The notes under the pieces: model-generated
Told to the model about the DNA's origin: nothing
The model's database searches: none
What the model saw: the letters and a program-made list of their open reading frames with translations, nothing else
Shown: one piece after another, positions 40,321 through 52,392 of the stretch
Position numbering within the stretch: the first letter of the stretch is position 1
Layout of the letters: the number at the start of each line of letters is the position of its first letter
Origin: Octopus bimaculoides
Taxonomy: Eukaryota
Direction: 5' to 3'
Assembly (NCBI RefSeq): GCF_001194135.2
Contig: NC_068984.1
Span: 35,591,382-35,655,381, forward strand
DNA length: 64,000 nt
Made by a program: the position numbers and the translations under genes

Positions 40321-42858
40321 AAAAGATCGCCTTCACAGATTTTTTTTTTTAATCAACATTAATTATTTCATTATCATTCATGAGTTCTTCTTAATATACT
40401 TATGTATACAGCTGATGAAGCTAGAAAGATGCAGCATTATCCTAAAAACAATGAAACAATTTTCATTCACCTCTTTTACCTGGTGCTGTTATTATCGATT
40501 CTCGGCTTTGTTCCTTCTAACTACATATCCAAAAAGAGAACCGTTTCATCACTATATTTTGTGAAAACGTCTGTGATTTCTTTCCATTTTGCTTTGTGTC
40601 CTCATTCTTTCATTCACTCTGTTTTTTCCTGTTTTTGTTTTCTCTTTTCGTTACTCTATCACCCCCACCCCTACTGTTTCCCTCGTTCTGTCAATTGCAT
40701 TTCCCTCTACAACATTTCTTGTCACTTGTTTGTTAATCTTCGCTCTCCTGCGAGTTACGTATTTTCCATTTCTTATAATAATTGTTTATGGTCTTGTATT
40801 GTCAACTTGTTTGCAAGTTCTTTCTCGCTTATAATTATATAATCAAGGAAAATGTAGGGAATCATGAATTTAGCTTACTGATATCTACGTTCAATTTTGT
40901 CTACTGTATTGAAAAATTTAATTAGTCAAATCGCTTACAGAAATTCTCGCATTAATCCAATTATGTGTTAAAATTTCACAGCTGATTTAAAACATACTGT
41001 TGTTGTACAATTCTTCTGATCTTTAGTATAATACAAAAATGGCAAGGAAAATCTCTATATATGTGCGCGCGCGTGTGTGGGTACGTGTGTGTATGTATGT
41101 GTGTTTACTATTACCCCTCCCTTCTGAAATTGTAATAATAAGCTGACATCTTTGAAATTCTCATTTACCCCATAAATTCGTTTTTCTTCATCACTGTACA
41201 TGCATACAATAAACTTGAATTTTTTTATCTTTCAAGGATGGGAGAATTGTCAGGTTTGTTCCAGGTATAGAAAATATGTGTCTAACGTCACTTATCTTGT
41301 CTATCCATCTACGGAAATATTGATTGTCCGGGGTGAACACGGGCTCTTTAATATATATCTGATATTCGGCAACATGACATATAACAATGCATTTGTTGGA
41401 AATTCTCAAAATATACAGCAATAATTTTAAGTGATCTGATGAGATGTCTGTTTGTAATCTCATTTACTAATTTGCTAATTATTGTGTGGATTTTCACGAG
41501 TTTTGTACTGGCGAATCAAAGTATGAATTTATGAAATGATTCCTTTAGCTATTGAAACGACCGTAACATTTAATAGAGTTATGTAATACCATTATCTTTC
41601 CTAGTTTTGAACTATAAATAAATTGTGCAGAACAACTAAGTACATAAAGTCCGATTTACATACCGTAATGCAAGTATTCAAATTACTTTCCAAGTGAATT
41701 CTATCGGCAAATTATTTCATGATCTCATACTTTTATAATAAGAGGAATTCTTAACAACATGAAGAAGTTGAAAACAGATTATAAGCTTCTTAACTCAAAT
41801 ATCCTTTTACTTATTCCTTTTATCTTTTGAATAAAATGGACGAATTTTGTTCCTACTACTATGCAATAGAATTTAATATTTCCATTTATCCATGTATATC
41901 GCTGAAGTATTCGATTTTCATAATGGAATGATTTCTGATTATATATTAAAATAATACTCTATATTATCTAACAAGTTTTCGAAGTACATCCAGCTCCATT
42001 TCTTTATGCCCTAATTTTCAGAAGGTAACTTACATGCAATATGTTATTAAAGTTATTTAGACTGTCGTTGGAAACATTGTATTCAAGACTATTCGAATGA
42101 ACTAGATATGTACTGCTATACTGATTGCTTACTAAGAAGTTACAATAGAAAGGATTAAATAGACTCAATATTTTAGCGCAACATACGATAATTATTGGTT
42201 TCTGAAGAATATATTTGCTTATGTGGATAATGTACTTATTAATGTCATTGTATGAAGCAGAAGCAATAAGAAACGTGCACCTTTTCAGGGGAAGCTATAT
42301 TTACTAACACTTACAGCCGTTCTTAGTACATGAAAATATCCATGAAATTAACTGCATTATCAGGAAATATATTATTATCAAAAACATATTTTTTACGAGT
42401 TTCTAAAAAACTCGATTTCCATCATTTATACACATTTGAATGCTCTTCTAGCATAAAATACTCATAAATATAAACTAGTAAACTAGACAAATGAAAACAA
42501 ACGTTATGTAGATCAAATTCCGAATTACTTTTATCTCACATTATTTCTTATGCCACCTTCAACTGGAGTGTACTTATGAAAATACTTCTATTCATAATTA
42601 CGATTGTAAGTACGTTTCTAAAATATCAGATTAAATATTTCAAAAATACTTATTGCAATGATGAATACATATTTCTCTGCGGTATGGAGTTCATAATCTT
42701 GAATTCTACAGGGTACAAGCAAGGTAGACATGACGATGTATGGTGAGTATATAGCATATAAACAAGGAAACAATACGGGAAGTTAGTTTTCCTTTAACAC
42801 ACTGAAATATGCGCATGGATTCAGCTCACTTTTTGCTCAGCCTAATATGGTATTTACA

Positions 42859-42892
<34 letters not shown>

Positions 42893-43207
42893 NNNNNNNN
42901 NNNNNNNNNNNNNNNNNNNNNNNNNNNNNNNNNNNNNNNNNNNNNNNNNNNNNNNNNNNNNNNNNNNNNNNNNNNNNNNNNNNNNNNNNNNNNNNNNNNN
43001 NNNNNNNNNNNNNNNNNNNNNNNNNNNNNNNNNNNNNNNNNNNNNNNNNNNNNNNNNNNNNNNNNNNNNNNNNNNNNNNNNNNNNNNNNNNNNNNNNNNN
43101 NNNNNNNNNNNNNNNNNNNNNNNNNNNNNNNNNNNNNNNNNNNNNNNNNNNNNNNNNNNNNNNNNNNNNNNNNNNNNNNNNNNNNNNNNNNNNNNNNNNN
43201 NNNNNNN

Positions 43208-44139
43208 TATGGGTACAGGATATCAAAAAGTGTTAACTACAATGAGAAACGAAAACATAAAGACGAAAACAGAAAACGAACTTTTTTCAAACAACGAAAG
43301 TACAAACAGAGAAACGAGACATGCAGCATAATGAGTATAACCCTTCGTCAGTTGTTCCTATTCCATCTACTCCGCGTTCAAAGGCAAGGACAATACGCGA
43401 CTTCTTAGAACAGTCCTTCCCGCAAAACAAATTAAATAAAATTTGGAATTTTTTGCAGAGGGCGAAAGTGTTAACAAGAACATAAGAGTGAGAACAAGAC
43501 AGTAAAAACAATAAGAATAGCACAGTGAGAACAAGACAGTAAAAACAAACAGTGAGGGCTGTTAAGCCAAGACGATAGAACAATTATTATGAACGCTAAG
43601 ATAGATGTGCATGAGAGAAGAAAAAGGAAAAAAAATATGTCTTTTCTATAAGAAGGCAGTGAGCAGAAAGAGAGATCCCCTTTNNNNNNNNNNGTCAAGG
43701 AGGAAGAGTGAGAGGGAGAGAGATGGAACGGTGAACGGGAAAGAAGAATAGGGAAAGGGTGGGAGAGAAAAACAGAAAGGATGAAGAACACGAGAGGGAG
43801 AGAGATAGACAGGGAAGAGATAGTAATAGTAGCAGAGTGCGTTCCATCATATACTAATTTAAATAATATATAAACATATGCATATATCCATACATATATG
43901 TACTTGCCTACATCTATATGCATGCATCTATCTATATACATGCATATATGGGGACAGGATATAAAAAAAAAACATTAAACATAAGGAGAATCAAAACCAG
44001 AAAACGAACTTTTTTCGAACAACGAAAGAAACAAACAGAGAAATGAGACATGCAACATAAATAGTATAACCCTTCGTCAGTTGTCCTTGTTCCATCTACT
44101 CCATGTTTCGAAAGCAAGGACAATACGCGACTTCATTGG

Positions 44140-44140
<1 letters not shown>
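43208..44140 (+). repeat. Two direct copies of a ~190-bp dispersed repeat, 729 bp apart
   Basis: gg.acaggatat..cagaaaacgaactttttt..aacaacgaaag.acaaacagagaaa.gagacatgca.cataa..agtataacccttcgtcagttg..ttccatctactcc..gcaaggacaatacgcgacttc occurs at 43208-43405 and 43950-44137. Confidence 0.85.
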
Positions 44141-44206
<66 letters not shown>

Positions 44207-46109
44207 TTATATACACATATATACTGTAATATATAATCAACTCACTTATATCAATATTTTACAAATTTGCAAAATGATTTTGAAGGAAATGTTAGACAAT
44301 GCAGCGTATGCTTCCTGAGTGTTTAAAGTTAGAATATTCTTCCTAATTTACAAATACAGGATAGGTGACATATATAATGTTAAGGTATAAAATCTTAATG
44401 AGCTATGAAAATTTGAATTGGATATCTAAATGTAATGATTAATGCCCTCGCTCTCTTTTGCACGGTATATATCAGTATTTATGCCTGTGAACTCTTGTGT
44501 ATATATACAAACATAAATGTGCGTATGTATGTGTCTAAATATATTTGCCTATCAATCCTTTAAAATAAAGGTGTTTCAGTGCATGAAAATATTTCATCTT
44601 TACACTGTATGAGAATGTCAAGTGAATATATTTAATATAAATCATATTTCAATTCAACATCACAAGCAGCATTGCTCCTAGCACAGCTATCGACTATCAC
44701 TTTTCTTAATTGCATATATCAAATACGATAGTCCAATTTGAATAGATGTCATCCGCAAGTTAATATAACCAATAAATAATATTCCATTCGGCCGTACTTC
44801 TTATATAGTCCACTTCGTTCATTGAAATAATCCTAAATAGATTACAAATATTCAGATGCTGAGTAAATATTTCGAAGTAATATATTATAAAAGGGTGACT
44901 TACTGAAACTAAGAATAAAAAGCTATTTAATGAACGAAACTTACTTAAATACTGAAAACTATGTGCTATTTTTATGTTGTATTTTTATATATTTTTATGT
45001 GCTATTTTTATGTATGCCTCCGTTCGTCTAAGTATATATACACATGGAACATACAGCATAGACATGTAATCTTAACTCAAAAATATGACTGGGATCTCAG
45101 AATAAATGCGTGTGTGTGTGTGTGTGTGTGTATGTTTGCGTGTGTGTTTGTGTGTTTGCTTGCTTGTGTGTGTGTATGTGTGAGTGTGTGTGCAGTTTTC
45201 AATATTGGCACAATAAAATTACAGCCGCGATAATGGAAAAGCTTAGTGAATTTCGTTTGTGATGACGTTCTAAAAGTATCGAAAGTTAATTTAAGTTAAT
45301 TCATTTAAACGTTTCACACATCCTTTGTTAATATGACTATTTCTACCTGATTAAGCAGGGATTTAACAGAAATTAGAATGACAGAGGAAACCATGCTTAT
45401 CGACGGCTTGTTTTTTGTTTTTTTTTTAGATCTGTAGCTTTCCATAAACTTTTACGCGCACTCACGTTATGATCTCTCCATCAGTGGAATAAAGACTGAG
45501 ACATTGAGCAGCTAGAGTATCGAGGATATCATTGTGCGAGATATTTTAGATATATTAGCATTGAATTTGGTTCCAACTTGTTGAATAAATTAATTTTCTA
45601 AGCAATTGCTCATATTTACCTTTGTCAAGTATTTCCCATTATTTCAGCCTACTTAATGCAATGTTTCAACAGAGCGGAGCTGTAAATATTCCAATAGAAC
45701 AATTGCCCTTCCTGAATCGGATCTTGAAACCTTGGTGTTTAAGATTGGAGTTGAAACCGATTGATCTATTTTATACTTGTAAAGGCTTCAAAATCTGTTT
45801 TGTTTTGTTTTTTTCTTTGTCACTTATCAATTTAAGACTACAATTAGACCAACAAACGAAACGGAAGTAATATGTCGACACGAAAGAAGTATACAGGTAA
45901 CTATTAAGAAAAAACGAAATTTCAGCTTTATTTGTATGCATGTATGCATGTGGCCTGTGTATAAATATATATATATATATAAATATAACTACATACAACA
46001 CACACAAATACACACATTCAGAGGTTCATATATATATACATGTATATATGTGTGTGTGTGCTTTTATATATGTATATATATATGGATGTGTGAATGTATA
46101 TATATATAT

Positions 46110-46165
<56 letters not shown>
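46110..46165. repeat. (TAGA)n microsatellite
   Basis: Directly visible. Similar tracts lie at 35601-35656 and 62213-62340. Confidence 0.95.
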
Positions 46166-46166
<1 letters not shown>

Positions 46167-46820
46167 AGCATACATATATATACATACATATACATATATA
46201 TATATATAAATGTATGTATATTGTTTCAATGTGTACAAATAACAAGGAAAAAATGAATATCTACTACCAGGGTACCAAAAACTCACATATGTGCCAAAGA
46301 TATTACAGCCTACATTAAAAAGTTGAAGTTCCGGGGTTAAGCGTATTGTTTTTGTATAACATGGATACAATCAAAAAATGGAGTCAAACGCAGGTGTTAT
46401 TTAAATTATGTATACTTACAACAAATGTTTCAAAAAAGAATTGAGATTATTCCGGAGGGAATAAAGATGATGTAAAACAATGCAAACATCTCGTTAGGAA
46501 AAAATATGAACAAAACATATCAATAAGCGATTCCAACTGAATGTGATGACCGCATACGTAAGTACATCATGTAAGGAGAACGCTACCAAGTTATTGTTTT
46601 AAAAAACCGTTAATAGATTTAACGTCGAAAGTAATTTAGAGAATGAGAAGGAGATGAGAGAAGGAAAATTAAGAGTGGAAAATTATAATGTGATAAATGA
46701 AAGGGAATGAAGTTTTAAAATAGATATACGTAGAGGAAATGAAGTTTTAAAATAGATATACGTAGAGGAAATGAAATGTAAGAAGACAGTTAAAGGTCCA
46801 ATTTTATAGATTGGTAGAAA

Positions 46821-47159
46821 TTACTTATAGGAACTAAGGGTATGTTTTTTGCAATATTTACAACGATAAACGCCTTCTTTAAACGTTTCTGCAAGAGTAT
46901 TTTTCAAGAAAAGGATAAAAAATAGCTCGTTGTTACAGACCGGACAAAAAGATTTACCTTTGTCATATGGGAAGCATCTAGATAGAATTTTGCAATCCAA
47001 ATCGTATTGTATATTATGTTCCTTTAGAGTCCAAATTAATTTATTTAGTCCAGTTTTGTTGCGTTTATTGATATGTCTAAATGTAAAATGAAGTTTAGAT
47101 ATTCTTTTTGACAAGTGAGACGAAGAACAACTTGTATTAAAAGACATCAGAAGACACAA
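46821..47159 (-). mobile_element. Penelope-like (Neptune/Naiad-type) GIY-YIG endonuclease C-terminal remnant
   Basis: HFTFRH..KRNKTGLNKLIWTLKEHNIQYDLDCKILSRCFPYDKGKSFCPVCNNELFFIL...E.VYRCKYCKKHTL matches H..SF...N.T.LSKYIW.LK...Y.I.W.IL..A.PY...C.LC..EK..IL..E...C.H..K..L. Confidence 0.8.
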
Positions 47160-47169
47160 ATGCCTCCTT

Positions 47170-47400
47170 TTTTACACTCTCCTGTCTTACAAAGAACATT
47201 TTTCTTCATCCATTCCCTTCCGAGCATTTCGAAACATAACTATGTGAGGATTGTTGGCGATTTTTTTACCTCCGTCTTCTTTTTCTCTCGGACTTTCCTC
47301 TGTCTCCTGTTTCTGAAGAAGAATTTGCTCGAAATGTAAAACACCTTTTCCTGAACGACTTTTAATACTCTGTAAGTAGAACGTCCTCACGTTGTTTATT
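47170..47400 (+). mobile_element. Hammerhead-bearing short repeat related in layout to the 6583/35667 family
   Basis: The reverse complement reads acaa..cgtgaggac..gtatta..cgttcaggaa..ttttacatttcgagc..cttcttcagaaacaggaga. This is the same order of blocks as 6600-6720. It ends at (AT)n. Confidence 0.5.
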
Positions 47401-47406
47401 TTGTAC

Positions 47407-47448
<42 letters not shown>

Positions 47449-47495
47449 CTGTATACATATGTATATATATAAGTATATATATGTATATGTATACA

Positions 47496-47547
<52 letters not shown>

Positions 47548-47633
47548 TACGTATACACACACACACGCTCGCGCGCACACAAACACACGCACGCACACAT
47601 ACATACATATATATATATATATATATTATAATT

Positions 47634-48020
47634 GTTGTTGTTGGCACTCCGTCGCTTACGACGTCCAGGGTTCCAGTTGATCCGATCAACGGAACAGGCT
47701 GCTCGTGAAATTAACGTGCAAGTGGCTGAGCACTCCACAGATACGTGTACCCTTAACGTAATTCTCGGGGATATTCAGAATGACACGGTGTAACAAGGCT
47801 GACCCTTTGAATTACAGGCAGAACAGAAACATGAAGCAAGAGTGAAAGAAAGTTGTGGTGAAAGAGTACGGCAGGGTTCGTCACTATCCCCTGCCGGAGC
47901 CCCGTGGAGCTTTAGGTGTTTTCGCTCAATTAACACTCACAACGCCCTGTCTGGGAATCGAAACCTCGATGTAATGACCGCGAGTCAGCTGCCCTAACCA
48001 CTGGGCCATTGCGCCTCCAC
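47634..48020 (-). mobile_element. Full-length tRNA-derived SINE family C
   Basis: The minus strand starts gtggaggcgcaaTGGCCCAGTGGttaggg (A box, plus-strand 47998-48008), has GGTTTCGATTCC (B-box-like, 47954-47965) and a (CAA)n tail at 47634-47643. tataatt flanks both sides (47627-33 and 48022-28) as a possible TSD. Confidence 0.85.
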
Positions 48021-48499
48021 ATATAATTAGATACATAATTATAACAAGGGCTTGGCTTGCAGCCCACTTAAAATTTTGAATAATTAGCCAAAAGTCAATT
48101 TATAACGCGTTTGCCGTTGATAATTTATTTTTTAAATTCATTTTTACGAATCGATTTTCTTTTGCGAAATCCTTTAAAAACAAGCGTTAAAATCTTAAGC
48201 TCCAAAATTTTAATCTTGAAGCTCAGCAACGAACTTGAAATTTCAAAATTATATGAAATAAATAGACTTTTCGACTTTGTTTCCTTTATTATTTTTAATA
48301 CTAAGTCACCGAATATATGTGAAACATGAGGTCTGGATGACAAACACACATAAAAAAAATTACGTTTAAACCAATTTATGATACTTGACACATTTTCATG
48401 ATAAAAATAATTAATATTTCCAATTTGTTCGAAATAATTCCATGTAACTAAATAATACAAATCATTGTAGGGCATTCCTTTTCGTTCCAGTAATAAAGC

Positions 48500-50170
48500 C
48501 AATTAATCTTTTACGTAGACGAGAATTAGCATCTCACTCTCAAATAAAGAATGGAAATTTTGGCAATTTCTAATACGACATAATGCTAATTGAATGTTAT
48601 GTCCAAAATAGCTAAAACTAAATAATTTTAATTGAATATTGCTGTAATTGATTATTGTAAGCCATCGAAAATGCGCCATTTTACCGTGATTCCTTAATAC
48701 CATTTGAAATGAACATTTCCCTTCAGAAATAGACTGGTGGATATGAAGAAGGTATTTTTGATCAGTGCCGAGATGGTGTCTGTCTACTGATGGTAAGTCT
48801 GTTGGAATCTACTTAAATTTCACAACACTTACACATCACTCTGCAATCGGCCCAAGAAGACCACGAGGCCCGCTAGTTTTTCTTTCGAGAATGTTAATAA
48901 GATCACGTGCGTGAGGCTGACACACAACCAAATACAATGGCTTCTTTAATTTATCCCCCAAAAGTCTTATGGTAGCTTCTATTGGTCCTGTATTGACTGC
49001 AGTACCTTCGCAAACTACAGCTATCATGTGATTGGTTACTATCTCATTATTTTCCATATAATTCATCAGACCATCGAGATAGCGGGACTCAGGTTCTTCT
49101 ATCAATGAAACGAGTTCTTATTGAATTGTCTTCTTATGAAATGTCTTTCCCATTTGTTCACTTATGAGGGCTGTGTCCTTACTTCCATCAACATACTTGG
49201 TAGACAACGGTTTATGTGGCCTATATTCCTGCTGCACTGATTTACTTTTTCTGGATCATCCCGTCTTACATTCAATCTGGCTATAACGAAAGAAGTTTCA
49301 CCAAATGTACTTGCCGTTAGGTCACTGGTGACCGAACTTATAACGAAAGAAGTTTCACCAAATGTACTTGCCGTTCGGTCACTGGTGACCGAACTTATAA
49401 CAGCAGCAGCACAGTCTTATACGCCGGTGAGGTCACAGGCCGTAACTAGTTCTGTGAATTTCATTCGTTTTATTGGTGTTTTTGAACTTACGCTTTTGCT
49501 GACGTCTTTTCGTTTCATGGAAAATGGAATTGGAAAATCTTCATCTTCGCCTATGGATCCATTTCTAGATTCACTGCTTGATGAAAACGCTATCCATTCA
49601 GACTCCTTTGTTGACGTAGAAGGGTGACTGATTCTTTCTAATCTGAACGTTCTGTTCTGATAGTGCTTGATCCATTCCGCCAATGATCGTTTTTCGATTT
49701 GTCCGTTGATCTTGTAAAAAATCTTGTTCTCTCCGTGGTACGTTTTTGTCACTACTACAACTTCAGTTTTTAAAGACGTTGCACCTGCAACTGGAAATGT
49801 CAAATAAATCTTTTGTTGCATTGTTTTTAAACACATTACAATTTGTTTGAAACAATGGAACAATATTTTTTCACAGATTTCAGTAATGCTTTTTACTTTA
49901 AATGAAGATTTTAGGTTTAACTGACTCGATCGTAACACAAGATATGGATGCTTTTTCCAAAGAAGTATTATCTTTTCTGCTACAATCTTGAACATTTGTT
50001 TAATTGAAGGATCTTTCTTAACTACATTCTTTACTTTTTCCCGTTCAATTAAAACACATTTTAGTGCGTCCTTATAAGTTGACAAAACTCGCTCGTTAAC
50101 ATCACATTGAGTACCAACTATTAGGCATTCACTATCATGACGCGTTATTGGCTTATCAGTCATCAATAAA
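48500..50170 (-). mobile_element. Decayed hAT-superfamily-like (hATm-like) DDE transposase
   Basis: N-terminal region ITRH.SECLIVG..VLSTYKDALK..KDPSIKQM..VAEKIILLWKK (ORF 49417-50166), YVDGSKDT (~49190), LIEEPESRYL..VVCEGTAVNTG..TIRLL..LKKPL..VVCQPHA..KTSGPRGLLGPI (48836-49105) and GKMAHFRWLTIIN (48503-48703). TIRs not confidently seen. Confidence 0.75.
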
Positions 50171-50688
50171 TATAAGCAACACTAAATGTAACACAATCAT
50201 TAATTTTTATACAATGGCTTAAAGTCAAGGTACAAAATAGAAAACTTCACACACTCACGATGAACGTTCACACGCGACCACCGTTGCACCGGCACTGAAG
50301 AGAATTTCACACTCTCGTTCGTTCAATACTGAACCTCAAGATTTAGTCAAGTGTACTGAAACGTCTTATCCAACCTCTTAAGGATACCACATTTACTATT
50401 TTTCATTCTTCTATGAAGAAATATGTATCTGTTACGACAATACAGATCGAGTTACGCACGACAATACAGATCAAGTCACTACTGGTGGTAACTAACGATG
50501 GACAATGGTGTAATGGCAAGGTTAGAGTAACTGTAACGGTATTAACGGTGGAGTTGATAGTAGTGGCAGAGATATCAACCATCTCTACAACTTCCAAGCA
50601 GGGCTCAATACTAATAATTTTAACGTAGCACAAGTACGTCTTACAAGGCAAAAAGGAAAGCTACAACAGTACACCAAATTGCTTATCC

Positions 50689-51480
50689 ATGGTTAATCTG
50701 GAAGCGCATCCCCCAAGAGAGAGCCAGCCTGAGGTCGAAACTTCATTCACTGGCACAAACTCTTCTCTGTATACGAACCTGAATGGTGACTTGAACAGGA
50801 ACTATCCCCACTCGAACCCTCCACATCCACTACCACACCCACGTCAGATAGAAAAATGTAAGAGGATCAAATGAACTGGAGAAGAGTATACAAGAGTAAT
50901 ATACGCCTTTTACTATGCATTAGGCAGGCCATCTGAAGAGAAACACACCGCACGCTCTTATCAAATATGGAGAACTCAAAATGAAGACAGCAGACTATAT
51001 TTGGACAAAATCAAGTCAGCAAATGTTAAGACGGAAATATTCAGAAATAAAATACTCAAAGAGAGTGAAATAACCGCGATCAAACACGCAGCAGAAAATG
51101 ACCCAAATATGAGACAGAAAGGAAATGAAGGACCAGACGAAGAGAACAACTCTACACGGGTTTCAATTGAAAGACTGCCATCTGACAAGCGAACGTCTGA
51201 AGATATAAATTGTAATGAACCTGATAAAGATAGCGAGCAAAGTAGTAAAGAAACAATATTTGAAGATAACACATTTACTGAAGAACATAGAGGGTCTATG
51301 AAAGAAATGAAGTAGAAAATCCGGAGTAATCTTGCCTATATCCATGATAGAGAACCATTTTATAAACTCTCAAACAGAACCAAAAATATAAAACAAATTA
51401 AAATTGGAAACTATAGAACAAAAGAAAATATTCAAGAACTAAAACCTGATCTCACTGAATTAAACGAAATTATTAATATA
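50689..51480 (+). mobile_element. R4/Dong-clade retrotransposon 5' fragment (Myb-like N-terminus)
   Basis: ORFs 50689-50874 and 51001-51315 are in one frame split by a single TGA: KRIK*TGEEYTRVIYAFYYALGRPS..SYQIWR..RLYLDKIKSANVKTEIFRNKIL.ESEITAIK. Later DREPFYKL..LTELNEII. This is typical of R4/Dong N-termini (R.KWT.EE....Y). Confidence 0.7.
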
Positions 51481-52344
51481 TGTTTTTAGAGCTGCAGAAT
51501 TTTATTGTTTTATTTCAGAAATCTCTAACAGCTGTAGCAGCAGCAACAATACCAACAGAGCTTTGTGATTTGGGCGACAATTTTCAGGAAAGCTATGTTA
51601 GATTGCTTCAATTGTATTCTATTTTACAGTCCTTGAGAGGATAATAGGAGAAATTGCTCGATAGGATTTAACCTCCGAAGTTAAATGATGGGAATAAATA
51701 ATATTTTTCCCGAGGCTATAATGATTCTGCAAGCACACTAGTTTTAATAATAGTTTTTTTGTTAAGTACAAACCGAGAATTTTGGTGTGAAATTGGTAGG
51801 AAATACCGTAAAACCCAGTATTTCATTAACACATAATTTTATCGATCCCGAGATGAATAAAGATGGAGATGACTGCAGTCGAATGTGAATTAAGTATATT
51901 AGAAATCGTTACTTAATACTGGAAAGTAGTTTGTCTAACGCTCTCTACATTTTGACATTTCACTGCACTTGCCAATCCATTGAAAATGCCATGTTACCGT
52001 TGTAATAATAAAATGAAAAGTGACAGTTGTAAAATAGGTTATAAATATAAATCCAGTGATATCTTTAAAATGCTTTCAGTTGAAATAATAGTGCAGTAAT
52101 GAAGCACCGTAATATAATTACATCATGAGTTAATCAACTTCTGTAATTACTATCTTCCAAGGTGATTAATTAATACCTGTTCTGGCTATTCTATTTTTAA
52201 GTTAGTGTTTTTTAAAACATTGATGTATCTTTTCTTCATTCATATAGTCATTATTTCTGTGTTGGCTTTCTTCTTTTTTACATTCCCAATTAATTTCGGT
52301 CGTTTTATTATCTTAATTCATCATTCGAAATGCTGTTTATTGTG

Positions 52345-52345
52345 A

Positions 52346-52389
<44 letters not shown>

Positions 52390-52392
52390 TAT
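52345..52392. repeat. (ATT)n microsatellite
   Basis: Directly visible. Confidence 0.95.

Noticed and set aside
45622-45870. ORF with EQLPFLN, as PLE RT motif or exon
   Set aside because: A single short motif with no flanking RT motifs and a weak donor.
46706-46769. 32-bp tandem duplication
   Set aside because: A real but ordinary slippage duplication in a PLE 3' region. The one at 16419/16541 beside a gap is probably an assembly effect.
47940-48020. tRNA gene
   Set aside because: The A/B boxes are the head of a SINE with a long body and (CAA)n tail. No full cloverleaf is supported.
48046-50390. TIR pair for the hAT-like element (caagggcttgg versus ccaacctctta)
   Set aside because: Similarity is too weak and no TSD was found.
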